55,905 nt of DNA from positions 1-55,905 of the forward strand of contig CANCXY010000001.1 of assembly GCA_947381875.1 (NCBI GenBank). Reading direction: 5' to 3'. The notes under the pieces were generated by a model. It did no database searches and was not told where the DNA came from. It saw only the letters and a program-made list of their open reading frames with translations. The position numbers and the translations under genes were made by a program. Positions 1 through 9,434 of the stretch are shown piece after piece (position 1 is the stretch's first letter; the number at the start of each line of letters is the position of its first letter). The DNA is from an uncultured Clostridia bacterium. GTDB lineage: Bacteria > Bacillota > Clostridia > Oscillospirales > Ruminococcaceae.

Positions 1-1
1 T

Positions 2-88
2 TCGTATATTGGAAATCTATTTGTTTATCTGTGTAGCATATATTTGTTAGGTAGTCTCATGATTCCTAAAATCAAGCGATTATTATGA
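2..88 (+). CDS. 3' end of a membrane protein (partial, runs off window)
   Basis: Frame reads SYIGNLFVYLCSIYLLGSLMIPKIKRLL* (hydrophobic helix then basic tail); AT-rich. Confidence 0.45.
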   Translation, partial: SYIGNLFVYLCSIYLLGSLMIPKIKRLL

Positions 89-221
89 AGTTTTGTTAAA
101 ATTCATAGAACAAAAAAGACTATACCAATTTAAGGAACAATTACATTCCAGTTTATCGGTCTAATAAAAGTCCAAAACAAGGCGGCGGTGACAGGTGTTG
201 ACTATCCCGACGCCCTGCCTG

Positions 222-749
222 TTATCGTTCCATATCCTGTGCCTTGCGGGGTGGCAGTTCCCGCTGTTCCTGCCGCAGGATATACTCCATATGTGTAAAT
301 CGTATCCCATCCCGTTCCTGTTCGGCGGAAGTCGCTTTGAAGCCGATGTGAAGATAAAAGGGCTTCCCATAAGGAGACGCATTCAAAGTGATTTGCCGCA
401 ATCCCGGATATTCCCTTTGTACATCTTCCAAAAGATATTGGAAAATCGCTGTGGCAACGCCTTGGCGCTGATATTCTTTTTTGGTGAAAACCAAAATCAA
501 ATGGATGTGCGTTTTCTTTTGGCACATTGCTATTATGCCAATGATTTTCCCATTATCAAACGCCGCATATATGGGGCAGATCCCCTGCTGGCATTCCGTC
601 AGAAATTCTTTATTTTCAATGATATCCCGCCTGAAGGTTTCCGTTCCCTCCGGCTTATAATCCGGCGCTTCAAATTGCAGAAAAACCTCCCAGGCCAGCG
701 CAAGTGCTTCCGGCACTTCTTCACTGTGGATTTTTCGGATCATATACAT
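222..749 (-). CDS. GNAT family N-acetyltransferase
   Basis: Acetyl-CoA motif YQRQGVATA; NASPYGKPFYLHIGF; AAGGTG upstream of start. Confidence 0.9.
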   Translation of the reverse strand: MYMIRKIHSEEVPEALALAWEVFLQFEAPDYKPEGTETFRRDIIENKEFLTECQQGICPIYAAFDNGKIIGIIAMCQKKTHIHLILVFTKKEYQRQGVATAIFQYLLEDVQREYPGLRQITLNASPYGKPFYLHIGFKATSAEQERDGIRFTHMEYILRQEQRELPPRKAQDMER

Positions 750-771
750 TTTTTAACTTCTTTCACCTTAT

Positions 772-812
772 AACCCTCCCTGCATAGAACATTGCCGTGC
801 AGGGAGGGTTTT
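772..812 (-). terminator. Inverted repeat / terminator-like hairpin between methyltransferase and GNAT genes
   Basis: AACCCTCCCTGCA ... TGCAGGGAGGGTT. Confidence 0.55.
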
Positions 813-841
813 CTGTTTTGGCTATCTGCCGCTTTAATGTG

Positions 842-1534
842 CTATGCTTTCTTTCTCAATATAACAATATATAAAATGCTGCTTTCCCATGCCTGCGGCT
901 GGGCTATATCTTTACCCTTTCTCAATTCCACTATTTCAAATTTTTCTTTCCAGAACGTTGTCAGTCTTTCCGGTGTAAACGCAGTTCCTGTCTGGCGGCT
1001 TTGATAAAACTCATAATCCTCTATTATGTCGGCTCCCTCTCCGCCTGCCGCGAAACATGTTAAAAGAAAATATCCGTTTTCCTTTAATATATCGGATATG
1101 ATATCCCTGTATTGTAACCGTCTGTGCGGCGGAAGATGATGAAAAAGGCCGCTGTCAATCACCAAATCAAACTTTTGCCCCTGAATCGGCTCAACAAAAA
1201 TATTCCCAGCCTTAAAGCGCACGTTTTCCACATTGCTTTTTTCTGCGTTCTGCTGGGCATTCCTTATGGCAACTTCTGAAAGGTCACATGCCTCGATGGA
1301 AACACCCCGTTTTGCAAGGTAAATCGCATTCCTTCCCTCTCCACAGCCAAATTCACAGGCAGTTTGAATTTTGTGCCCGCTGATAAAATCCACCACGCAT
1401 TTATCGGGCACTGTATTGAATTTCAGAAAGGGCTCCGGTTTATCTCACAGAGTATAAAAAGTATCCCAGTCCACCCCTTCGGTATACCTATCAAGCATAC
1501 TGTATAAATCTTCCAGTGTGTTGATTTCGGGCAT
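842..1534 (-). pseudogene. Class I SAM-dependent methyltransferase interrupted by in-frame TGA at codon 30 (1445-1447)
   Basis: AGGAGG RBS before ATG 1534; MPEINTLEDLYSMLDRYTEGVDWDTFYTL*DKPEPFLKFNTVPDKC continues in frame into the ORF with EFGCGEGRNA and FDLVIDSGLFHHL. Confidence 0.8.
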
Positions 1535-1551
1535 TTGCTTCCTCCTTCCTC

Positions 1552-2184
1552 TTACTTTTCGATTGGATGATGAAAATTTGTGGTGATGGGCTGTTCTTTT
1601 TCCGGCAGGCCGTATTTCTCTTTTCCAAGGGCGATGCTTTTCATCAGGAATGCCATATTGCGGCCCAGGGTGCGCATTGTCTGCAAACCTTCGGCGTCTT
1701 GCAATACTTCTTCGGGCGTGTTGCCATAGACCATATTCCAGTACTGACTTGAAACAATGGGCATATTGCTGATAGTAAAATATTTATTCAACATATCGAA
1801 TGTCGCGGTATTTCCACCACGGCGACAGGAAACAACTGACGCGCCCACTTTCATGCGCTTGTCTATGCTTTTTGTGCTGAAAAAGAGGCGGTCAAGGAAT
1901 GAAACGGCGGTCCCATTTGGTGAACCGTAATAGACCGGCGAACCGACCACAAAGGCATCGCATTCCGCAAACTTTGGGGCAACCTCATTGACAATATCAT
2001 CAAAGACGCATTTACCAAGTTCCGCACATTTCCGGCAGGCGATACAGCCGCGAATATCTTTATTCCCTATCTGGACAAACTCTACCTCCACGCCCTCCTG
2101 TTCCAGCGTCTTTTTCAACTCCGTAAGCGCGGTAAACGTGCAGCCGTTCGCGCGGGGGCTTCCGTTCACTAATAATGCCTTCAT
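1552..2184 (-). CDS. Flavodoxin family / iron-sulfur flavoprotein (NADPH-dependent FMN reductase fold)
   Basis: NGSPRANGCT, CIACRKC..GKC, GSPVYY; GGAGG RBS before ATG 2184. Confidence 0.9.
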   Translation of the reverse strand: MKALLVNGSPRANGCTFTALTELKKTLEQEGVEVEFVQIGNKDIRGCIACRKCAELGKCVFDDIVNEVAPKFAECDAFVVGSPVYYGSPNGTAVSFLDRLFFSTKSIDKRMKVGASVVSCRRGGNTATFDMLNKYFTISNMPIVSSQYWNMVYGNTPEEVLQDAEGLQTMRTLGRNMAFLMKSIALGKEKYGLPEKEQPITTNFHHPIEK

Positions 2185-2230
2185 AAGTAATTTCCTCCCT
2201 GTTCTTAAATAATGAAATCCAAAATTTTCC

Positions 2231-2256
2231 TGCGCCCATACGCCAGTATGGGCGCA
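2231..2256 (-). terminator. Hairpin downstream of ispE
   Basis: TGCGCCCATAC-GCCA-GTATGGGCGCA, 11-bp perfect stem. Confidence 0.5.
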
Positions 2257-2259
2257 TAT

Positions 2260-2385
2260 AAAGTTTCCGTCCACCCTTTTCAAAGGGTGGCGGATTCCAA
2301 AGGCAGAGCCTTTGGCCGATCCAGCGGGACGCTGGCAGGATTCCAAAGGGCAGCGCCCTTTGGGCAGGTCCGGGCGGCAGCCCGG
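2260..2385. repeat. Family A modular palindromic repeat (REP/BIME-like), copy 1
   Basis: Hairpins CCACCCTTT/AAAGGGTGG, CCAAAGGC-AGA-GCCTTTGG, CCAAAGGGC-AGC-GCCCTTTGG, CCGGGC-GGCA-GCCCGG. Confidence 0.85.
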
Positions 2386-2388
2386 CAG

Positions 2389-3261
2389 TCAGCGCCGCGC
2401 GATGACGCGGGCACCATTCTGGATGGGGCGCAGGACCCAACTGGCGGGGTAACGGGCGGTGAGGGCAAGGCGGGCGGTGCGGGCGGCGCGTTCGGTGGAG
2501 AACACGCCAAAGACGGCCGCGCCGCTGCCTGTCATGAGGGCGGTGATGGCCCCGTGGGCGCGCAGAAGATCACAGATGGGTTTTGTGTCGGGGCTTTCGC
2601 TGGAATATTGCAGGGCGTTTTTCATCTGCGCACAGAGGGCGGGCAGATCGCCGCGCCGCAGAGCCGATTCGGCAGCGGCGCTGTCGGGGCGGGTGTCTGT
2701 GCCTATTTCATCATAGCGGGCGTAGGCCTGGGGGGTGGAGACGCCCGCCTCCGGCATGCAGACCACGAACCAGCAGCGCGGGCAGTGCGGCAGGGGGCGC
2801 AACTCATCGCCGATGCCCGTCACGCGCGCTGTGCCGCCCTGGATGCAGAAGGGCACGTCCGCCCCTACGCGCGCGCCGAGGGCGCACAGTTCCTTTTGCG
2901 AAAGACTTGCACCGTACAGCTCATTCAGGCCCACCAGCACAGCGGCGGCGTCGGCGCTGCCGCCCGCCATGCCCGCGCGCACCGGCACGCGCTTTTCCAC
3001 CGTGATGGACGCGCCCGCCAACAGGCCTGTCTCATGAAAAAACACCTGTGTCGCCTGATAGACTGTGTTCGTCTCGTTGAGGGGGATTTGCGTGTCGGGC
3101 ATCGCAAGCCACAGGCCGCCGCTCTTTTTGATCGTCACGCGCTCGAACAGGCTGACAGACTGCATAATCATATCCAGCGTGTGGTAGCCGTCGGGCCGCC
3201 TGCCAGTGATGTCAAGCGTCAGGTTCAGCTTTGCGGGCGCGGAAACAACAACGCTGTGCAT
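2389..3261 (-). CDS. ispE: 4-diphosphocytidyl-2-C-methyl-D-erythritol kinase
   Basis: APAKLNLTLDI, GYHTLDMIM, PVRAGMAGGSADAAA, GADVPF, MTGSGAAVF. Confidence 0.95.
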   Translation of the reverse strand: MHSVVVSAPAKLNLTLDITGRRPDGYHTLDMIMQSVSLFERVTIKKSGGLWLAMPDTQIPLNETNTVYQATQVFFHETGLLAGASITVEKRVPVRAGMAGGSADAAAVLVGLNELYGASLSQKELCALGARVGADVPFCIQGGTARVTGIGDELRPLPHCPRCWFVVCMPEAGVSTPQAYARYDEIGTDTRPDSAAAESALRRGDLPALCAQMKNALQYSSESPDTKPICDLLRAHGAITALMTGSGAAVFGVFSTERAARTARLALTARYPASWVLRPIQNGARVIARR

Positions 3262-3275
3262 CGCTTTGCCCTCCT

Positions 3276-4412
3276 TTATCTGCCAAACAGGATAAAATGC
3301 TTCACGTCAATGGCCTTTACGGGGCACATCTCATGACAGCAGAAACAGCGGATACACTTCTTCGGCTCGATATGCGCTTTCCTCTCTTTGACCTGTATTG
3401 TGTGCTGGGGGCATATCTCCGCGCATTTGCCGCAGCCAATACACTTGGCGCGGTCTACCTTCGGCTTGGGAGCCACTAACTTTTCTACGCCCGGCATCAC
3501 CCAGCGCAGGGGACGCGGGGCGCGGGCGGCAAAATTGATCGGCGCATAGCTGGCGGGCAGCTTGAAATCCGGGCGCGGTGCGGCGGCCTTTATGTCGCCT
3601 TGCAAAAGAGTCTCGTCTAATTTCTCCCCGCACAGGCCGCGTGCGTGCGCGGCGGACAGATAAGGCACGCGCATCGCGTCCAGCCCCATCAGACGGCATA
3701 CGGCAAGGTCGACTGTGTAGGGGTCAGCGCCGCCCATCACAACCCCCAATTTGCGCGGCGTGCCGCCCGCGGGGCCGTCGCCCTCCATTGCGAGGATGCC
3801 GTCTACGATCACCAGATGGGGCCGCACCGCTTCACAGAGATCGACCAGCATTTCCCCGAACGGCTCCTTTTCCGGGAACCGCATGTGCATTTCCGCTTTC
3901 TGTAAGCCGGGGATAGTTCCAAACAGGTTCTTGACCGCACACGACATGCCCGTCATTACATGCGTTTTGAGCTTTGGCAGGTCTATGATAAAATCCGCTT
4001 TGTGTACCGGCTCCAGCAGGTTGAATGTGTGTACGCGCTTCCCTTCCGCTTTGCAGGGCACGGCTTTGCAATCGGCGTATGCCTCCACGCCGTAGCGCGC
4101 GCATACCTGCGCCAGGCCGCTGACCTGATAAATCGCTTTCATCGCGGCGGGTGTGTAGATGCCGCCGGGGGAATCGGCTACGACGATATGCGAAACATTG
4201 CGCTTTTTCAGCGCCGTCAGCACGGCGTCCAGTACGGCGGGGTGCGTCGTGACGGCCTTTTCCGGCGCGTGCTTTGCAAGCAGGTTCGGCTTTATCAGAA
4301 CGCGGCTTTCGGGCGTCAGCGATGGGCACTTTTGCAGCAGAGCCTCTACCGCCCGCGCCAGCGACGGGCTGTCGTAATCCGGCGCGGCATAGCAATATAC
4401 TTCGCTTCCCAT
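3276..4412 (-). CDS. DUF362 domain protein with C-terminal 2x[4Fe-4S] ferredoxin
   Basis: VLIKPNL, TTHP, PKLKTH, KNLFG, MEGDGP; CIGCGKCAEICP and CIRCFCCHEMCP; start moved to ATG 4412. Confidence 0.9.
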   Translation of the reverse strand: MGSEVYCYAAPDYDSPSLARAVEALLQKCPSLTPESRVLIKPNLLAKHAPEKAVTTHPAVLDAVLTALKKRNVSHIVVADSPGGIYTPAAMKAIYQVSGLAQVCARYGVEAYADCKAVPCKAEGKRVHTFNLLEPVHKADFIIDLPKLKTHVMTGMSCAVKNLFGTIPGLQKAEMHMRFPEKEPFGEMLVDLCEAVRPHLVIVDGILAMEGDGPAGGTPRKLGVVMGGADPYTVDLAVCRLMGLDAMRVPYLSAAHARGLCGEKLDETLLQGDIKAAAPRPDFKLPASYAPINFAARAPRPLRWVMPGVEKLVAPKPKVDRAKCIGCGKCAEICPQHTIQVKERKAHIEPKKCIRCFCCHEMCPVKAIDVKHFILFGR

Positions 4413-4414
4413 CC

Positions 4415-5584
4415 TCACACCCCCAATTCCTGCAAAAACTGTTCGATCCGGTGCAGCGCCTCGGTGAGATGCTCGACCGAATACGAATAGCTGATGCGCA
4501 CATGCCCTTCGCCCGACGCACCGAACGCGCTGCCCGGCACGACGGCCACCTTTTTGCTGTACAGCAGCTTTTCGCAAAATTCCTCACTGGGCATGCCCGC
4601 CCGCGCGATGGAAGGGAACGCGTAAAACGCGCCCTCTGGGGAAAAGCAGGTCAGGCCCATACGGTTCAGGCGGTCGACCAGCAGGCGGCGGCGCATATCG
4701 TATTCACCGCGCATGGCCTCGATATCCGCGTCACAGCGGCGCAGGGCCGTAATGGCGGCGTACTGGCTCGTTGTGGGCGCACACATGATAGCCGACTGAT
4801 GCACCTTCGTCATGGCCTTGATGAGCGGCTGCGGGCCGCAGGCATAACCAAGCCGCCAGCCCGTCATGGCATAGGTCTTGGAAAAGCCGCTGACAAGCAC
4901 CGTGCGCTCCCGCATGCCCGGCAGGGAGGCAATACTCTCATGACGGCCCCCATAGGTCAGTTCGGCGTAAATCTCATCCGAAAGCACAATGATGTCCCGC
5001 GTGCGCAAAAATTCCGCGAGAGGGGCAAGGTCCTCCTCACGCATCACCGCGCCCGTAGGGTTGGAGGGGAATGGGAAGATCAGCAGCTTTGTTTTGGGCG
5101 TGACAGCCGCCGCAAGCGCCTCCACCGTCAGCTTGAAACCGTTTTCCGCTTTGAGCGGCACGGGCACGGGCACGCCGCCCGTGAGCGTCGTGATGGGGTC
5201 GTAGCAGACAAAGCACGGTTCGGGGATGATCACCTCATCGCCTGGGTTTATCAATGTGCGCACGCACAGGTCGATGGCCTCGCTGCCGCCCACCGTGACA
5301 AGCGTTTCGGCGGGTGTATACGAAAGCCCTAAGCGCCGGGCCAGATAGGTGCATATCTCGGCGCGCAGTTCGGCAAGGCCCGCGTTGCCCGTGTACCAGG
5401 TGCGCCCCTTTTCCAGGCTTCGGATGCCCGCGTCCCGGATGGCCCAGGGCGTCTTGAAATCCGGTTCGCCCACGCCAAGCGAAATACAGCCCTCGATCTC
5501 TGAGGCAATATCAAAAAATTTACGGATGCCGGAAGGGCGCATGGCGCGCGCGCGCGCCGCAATCAGTTTTTCATACTCCATCAC
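4415..5584 (-). CDS. PLP-dependent aminotransferase class I/II
   Basis: SLGVGEPDF, PSNPTG, SDEIY, SGFSKTYAMTGWRLGY. Confidence 0.95.
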   Translation of the reverse strand: MMEYEKLIAARARAMRPSGIRKFFDIASEIEGCISLGVGEPDFKTPWAIRDAGIRSLEKGRTWYTGNAGLAELRAEICTYLARRLGLSYTPAETLVTVGGSEAIDLCVRTLINPGDEVIIPEPCFVCYDPITTLTGGVPVPVPLKAENGFKLTVEALAAAVTPKTKLLIFPFPSNPTGAVMREEDLAPLAEFLRTRDIIVLSDEIYAELTYGGRHESIASLPGMRERTVLVSGFSKTYAMTGWRLGYACGPQPLIKAMTKVHQSAIMCAPTTSQYAAITALRRCDADIEAMRGEYDMRRRLLVDRLNRMGLTCFSPEGAFYAFPSIARAGMPSEEFCEKLLYSKKVAVVPGSAFGASGEGHVRISYSYSVEHLTEALHRIEQFLQELGV

Positions 5585-6060
5585 AGCAGCTCCCGTTCAT
5601 CGGCAGGCTCCACGCCGTAGAGGACGCCGTCCTTTTTGTAGGTGCGCAGGACGAAATGCGTCGCTGTACTCAATACGTCATCCAACGGGGAAAGCCGCTT
5701 TGCGACGAACAGCGCGATGTCCTGAAAACTTTTCCCACTCATCACCAGCGAGAGGTCATAGCCGCCGCTCATCAGCATCACGCTGTCCACCTCGTCGAAG
5801 CGGGCGATGGTTGCCGCTATTTCATCAAAGCCGCAGTCGCGCTTGGGCGAGACGCGCAGCTCAATGATGGCCTGTACACGGTCGGCGCCAGCCTTTTCCC
5901 AGTCAATCAGCGCGCGGTAGCCGTTAATGACATGCTGCGCCTGCCAGGCGTCAATCTGCTTTGCTACCTCCTCCGGGGTCTTCTCCACCATGACAGCGAT
6001 GTCCTCCAGGCTGATGCGGGCGTTTTGCTCTAAAATACGCAGAATGCGGTCCATGGGCAT
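5581..6060 (-). CDS. Lrp/AsnC family transcriptional regulator
   Basis: ILRILEQNARISLEDIA HTH; MSGGYDL; overlaps aminotransferase start. Confidence 0.92.
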   Translation of the reverse strand: MPMDRILRILEQNARISLEDIAVMVEKTPEEVAKQIDAWQAQHVINGYRALIDWEKAGADRVQAIIELRVSPKRDCGFDEIAATIARFDEVDSVMLMSGGYDLSLVMSGKSFQDIALFVAKRLSPLDDVLSTATHFVLRTYKKDGVLYGVEPADERELL

Positions 6061-6083
6061 CTTCCTTTCTGTTTGTTTTTTAT

Positions 6084-6112
6084 AGTATAGCGGCTTTTTG
6101 AGGAAAAGTAAA
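6084..6112 (-). promoter_or_regulatory. Sigma-A promoter for the lrp-aminotransferase-DUF362-ispE operon
   Basis: TTTACT-17 bp-TATACT on minus strand. Confidence 0.55.
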
Positions 6113-6337
6113 TATTGTTTTTCTGCATATGCCTTGACGCGGGAAACTGAATAATTCTATAATATTTATTGAGGTGATTGATTTGCAGGCTGAATATGAT
6201 TTTTCCCATGCCCGGAAAAACCCCTACGCAAAGAAACTGAAACGCATACCGCCGCAGCGCAGCGCCGTCCTCTCTTTTCTGGCTTTCCAAAAGAAACTTG
6301 CCCGTGCTTTGCGGCGGCGATTTTGAAAATCTGCGGT

Positions 6338-6463
6338 TCATCTTTTTAATTCCTGCAGGGCTTCTTCTATATCAGAATAGCGCTTTACATTAGGGTCATG
6401 CGCAAGGCGCTCCGCTTCCCGCATGGCCTCAATGCTTTCTTTGTTGGGCTGCTCTAAGTTCAT
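6338..6463 (-). CDS. 41-aa small protein resembling the C-terminal half of a RelB/DinJ antitoxin (below ORF-track cutoff)
   Basis: MNLEQPNKESIEAMREAERLAHDPNVKRYSDIEEALQELKR*; AAGGGG RBS; alternative TTG start at 6469. Confidence 0.7.
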   Translation of the reverse strand: MNLEQPNKESIEAMREAERLAHDPNVKRYSDIEEALQELKR

Positions 6464-6498
6464 GTCCAACTATCCCCTTTCTTATTTTTCTGCACCAA

Positions 6499-6527
6499 AT
6501 TATACGCGATTTGCAATGCAAAATCAA
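6499..6527 (-). promoter_or_regulatory. Sigma-A promoter with palindromic operator in the spacer
   Basis: TTGATT-17 bp-TATAAT; inverted repeat TTTGCA-A-TGCAAA at 6510-6522. Confidence 0.65.
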
Positions 6528-6609
6528 TGCAACCGGCGGGAAAACCCTCTTTTTTCAAAGGGCGGGCCCGCCCTTATTTCATATACGCCTTTCCAAACCC
6601 CCTGAAATT

Positions 6610-6618
6610 TGCTATACT
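6610..6618 (+). promoter_or_regulatory. Extended -10 element for the ACT-DUF711 operon
   Basis: TGcTATACT. Confidence 0.45.
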
Positions 6619-6680
6619 ATGGAAAGAAGAACGCGCCCGCGCTTTGCGGCGGCGTTTTATGAAAAAAGGAGTGGAAAATT

Positions 6681-6950
6681 ATGGAAGCTGTTATTACTGT
6701 AGTTGGTCAGGACCGCGTGGGTATTTTAGCGCAGGTGTGTACGGTGTGCGCCGAGGCAAATGTCAACGTGGAGGAAGTCTCCCAGCGCATTTTGAGCGGT
6801 ACTTTCGCTATGATCATGCTGGTCGACCTCGCCGCCGCGACGCTGGATTTCACGGCGTTCGCCGAAACGCTGCGCCAGCGGGGCGAGGCGATGGGCGTAG
6901 AGATCCGCTGCACGCGCCAGGAAATGTACGACGTGATGCACCGCATTTGA
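6681..6950 (+). CDS. ACT domain protein (UPF0237)
   Basis: AVITVVGQDRVGI, VEEVSQRI, C-terminal MHRI; AAGGAG RBS. Confidence 0.92.
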   Translation: MEAVITVVGQDRVGILAQVCTVCAEANVNVEEVSQRILSGTFAMIMLVDLAAATLDFTAFAETLRQRGEAMGVEIRCTRQEMYDVMHRI

Positions 6951-6965
6951 GAGGGGGGACGCTTT

Positions 6966-8327
6966 ATGCTGAACACAAGCGATATTTTGGATACCATCCG
7001 CATGATCACGGACGAACACCTGGACGTTCGCACCGTGACGATGGGCATTTCCCTTTTAGACTGCGCCGACCCCGACGGCAAAGCGGCGTGTGAAAAAATC
7101 TACCGCAAAATCACAGCCCGCGCAAAGGACCTGGTGCGCACGGCGGAGGACATCTCCTCGGCCTACGGTATGCCGATTGTGAACAAGCGCATTTCCGTCA
7201 CGCCCATCGCCATGCTGCTTGCCAGCGCGCCCGACGCCGACCCCGTGTGGTACGCCCGGACGCTGGACGCGGCGGCAAAGGCCGTGGGGGTGAACTTTAT
7301 CGGCGGGTACTCGGCGCTGGTCCACAAGGGCTTTTCTGCGGGCGATGAACGGCTGATCCGCAGTATCCCCGAAGCGCTGGCGCAGACGCAGTTTGTCTGT
7401 TCCAGCGTCAACGTCGGCTCCACGAAAAGCGGCATCAACATGAACGCCGTGCGCATGATGGGGCCGTGTGTGCGCGAGGCCGCCGAACGCACTAAAGACG
7501 CCATGTGCATGGGCGCGGCAAAGTTAGTTGTGTTCTGCAACGCGCCGGAGGACAACCCCTTCATGGCGGGCGCGTTCCACGGGCCGGGCGAGCCGGACTG
7601 CGTAATCCATGTGGGCGTATCCGGGCCGGGGGCGGTGCGCGCCGCGCTGGCGAAGCTGCCCAAGACGGCCAGCCTGGACGAAGTGGCAGAGCTTGTGAAG
7701 CGCACGGCGTTCAAGATCACGCGCATGGGGCAGCTTGTGGGCAACCTTGTGAGCGAACGCCTGGGCGTGCCGTTCGGCATCGTCGACCTCTCGCTCGCGC
7801 CCACGCCCGCGCCGGGGGATTCCGTCGCGAACATCTTAGAGGAAATGGGGCTGGAAAGCTGCGGCGGCTGCGGCACCACAGCGGCGCTGGCGCTGCTGAA
7901 CGACGCGGTGAAAAAGGGCGGCGTGATGGCCTCGAACCATGTCGGCGGGCTTTCGGGCGCGTTCATCCCGGTCTCGGAGGACGACGGCATGATCAAGGCC
8001 GCGCAGCGCGGCAGCCTGACGATTGAAAAATTAGAGGCCATGACGGCGGTGTGCAGCGTGGGGATTGATATGGTCGTCATCCCGGGCGATACCAGCGCGG
8101 ACGTGATTTCGGCGCTGATTGCGGACGAGGCCGCCATCGGCATGGTGAACAGCAAAACGACCGCCGTGCGTGTCATCCCGGCCATTGGGTACGGGGAGGG
8201 CGACGTGCTGGATTTCGGCGGTCTGCTGGGATATGCGCCTATTATGCCCATCAGCCGGTTCTCCCCCGCCGCCTTTGTGGCGCGCGGCGGGCGTATCCCC
8301 GCACCTTTGCAGGCGTTGAAAAACTGA
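6966..8327 (+). CDS. DUF711 / UPF0210 (PFL-like family) protein
   Basis: [43 protein letters not shown]; usual partner of the ACT gene. Confidence 0.93.
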   Translation: MLNTSDILDTIRMITDEHLDVRTVTMGISLLDCADPDGKAACEKIYRKITARAKDLVRTAEDISSAYGMPIVNKRISVTPIAMLLASAPDADPVWYARTLDAAAKAVGVNFIGGYSALVHKGFSAGDERLIRSIPEALAQTQFVCSSVNVGSTKSGINMNAVRMMGPCVREAAERTKDAMCMGAAKLVVFCNAPEDNPFMAGAFHGPGEPDCVIHVGVSGPGAVRAALAKLPKTASLDEVAELVKRTAFKITRMGQLVGNLVSERLGVPFGIVDLSLAPTPAPGDSVANILEEMGLESCGGCGTTAALALLNDAVKKGGVMASNHVGGLSGAFIPVSEDDGMIKAAQRGSLTIEKLEAMTAVCSVGIDMVVIPGDTSADVISALIADEAAIGMVNSKTTAVRVIPAIGYGEGDVLDFGGLLGYAPIMPISRFSPAAFVARGGRIPAPLQALKN

Positions 8328-8342
8328 TAGGGGTTGGCCTTT

Positions 8343-9287
8343 ATGACAGAAATATCTATTGGCGAAATGTTTTGTCGCAAGCGGAAGGAGCTGAAGATAA
8401 GCCAAAGACAGCTATGTGAGGGCATATGCAACCCCGCTACCCTCTCCCGATTTGAACAGGGGAAGCTGACGCTTTCCAACCGGCGGATGCGTACCATGTT
8501 ACAACGCATGGGGCTTCCAGACGACCGTTTTTATGCGCTTCTTTCAAAGGATGAAATAGAGCTTGAGGCTGCGGAGCGGGAGGCGCGGAGTGCCAGTGTA
8601 GCGCTGCAACGCGCCTCTATGAAGGATCGCCCTGCGGCATGGCAGCGCTTCCGAAAAGCCTTGGGGAATTTGGAATCTTTGGAGCCGAATGACCCGTTTA
8701 TCCGTCAGTGTTCCCTTTCGCTGCGCGCAACGCTGGGAACGGAGGAAGGCCCTTACAGCTTTGAAGAACGGCTGGCAATGCAGATGGAAGCCATCCGACT
8801 CACAGTACCTCGGTTCGATTTGACGCATGCCGCCTATGGCCCTTATAGCGCAGAAGAATTGCGCCTTATTGAACAAATCGCCGGAACGCATTCGTATGGG
8901 GCGCTGTTTGAAAAAGCAGTAGCCATCTACCGAGCCGTGTTAGAATATTTGGATGTCCATGCCTACCGTTTACCGCAGTATTCCCTCCTGCGAACATCGG
9001 CAATTTATAATTGCAGCAGCACTTTGCGCCGGATGGAATGTTTTCAGGAAGCGCTTGATATGGCGGAGTCTGGTTGGCGCGGCTGTGTGGAATCCGGCAA
9101 TTATGTTTCACTTGCCTATTTTTTGTGGTTCCAAGCAAATTGCCACCACTCATTGGGAAACACAACGAAATGTAGGGAGCTGCTCTATCAAGCACATTAT
9201 GTTCTAAAAGCAACAGGGGATGAATACCAACTGCCATTGCTGGATGCAGATGCCAAAAAATGGTGCGACATCACATTTCCTTTTTGA
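8343..9287 (+). CDS. XRE-HTH transcriptional regulator with TPR-like helical C-terminus (PlcR/Rgg RRNPP-like)
   Basis: RKELKISQRQLCEGICNPATLSRFEQG HTH followed by about 250 aa of helical repeats; ATG 8343 preferred over TTG 8334. Confidence 0.85.
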   Translation: MTEISIGEMFCRKRKELKISQRQLCEGICNPATLSRFEQGKLTLSNRRMRTMLQRMGLPDDRFYALLSKDEIELEAAEREARSASVALQRASMKDRPAAWQRFRKALGNLESLEPNDPFIRQCSLSLRATLGTEEGPYSFEERLAMQMEAIRLTVPRFDLTHAAYGPYSAEELRLIEQIAGTHSYGALFEKAVAIYRAVLEYLDVHAYRLPQYSLLRTSAIYNCSSTLRRMECFQEALDMAESGWRGCVESGNYVSLAYFLWFQANCHHSLGNTTKCRELLYQAHYVLKATGDEYQLPLLDADAKKWCDITFPF

Positions 9288-9352
9288 CAAATTCACCAAA
9301 AATCATGCAAAAATCGCGGGAAAATTTTCCTTGGGTGTTGCAGAGGACGACA

Positions 9353-9381
9353 TGGACAGAAAACATCCGATATGGTATGAT
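9353..9381 (+). promoter_or_regulatory. Sigma-A promoter for the secreted Cys-rich protein
   Basis: TGGACA-17 bp-TATGAT with extended -10 TG. Confidence 0.6.
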
Positions 9382-9434
9382 TTTTATCGGCAAGAGCTTT
9401 TGACAAAATATCATCACAAAAGGAGAGTTTTTCT

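Noticed and set aside
1445..1447. Selenocysteine or recoded TGA in the methyltransferase
   Set aside because: Not a catalytic Cys-type position, no evident SECIS-like hairpin after it, and TGA is used as a normal stop throughout the window
3276..4577. Longer 5' extensions in the ORF track (also 2346, 15300, 15854, 21963 and others)
   Set aside because: They overlap upstream genes or repeats; downstream starts with RBSs and family-typical N-termini were used instead
6030..6341. 103-aa ORF overlapping the mini-antitoxin stop (ATGA) as a cognate toxin
   Set aside because: No recognisable YafQ/RelE motifs; it runs through the lrp promoter region and looks non-coding
7163..8509. Long antisense ORFs (for example 448 aa here, 623 aa at 35042-36913, 420 aa at 30780-32042)
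   Set aside because: Shadow frames of well-supported genes, expected at this GC content
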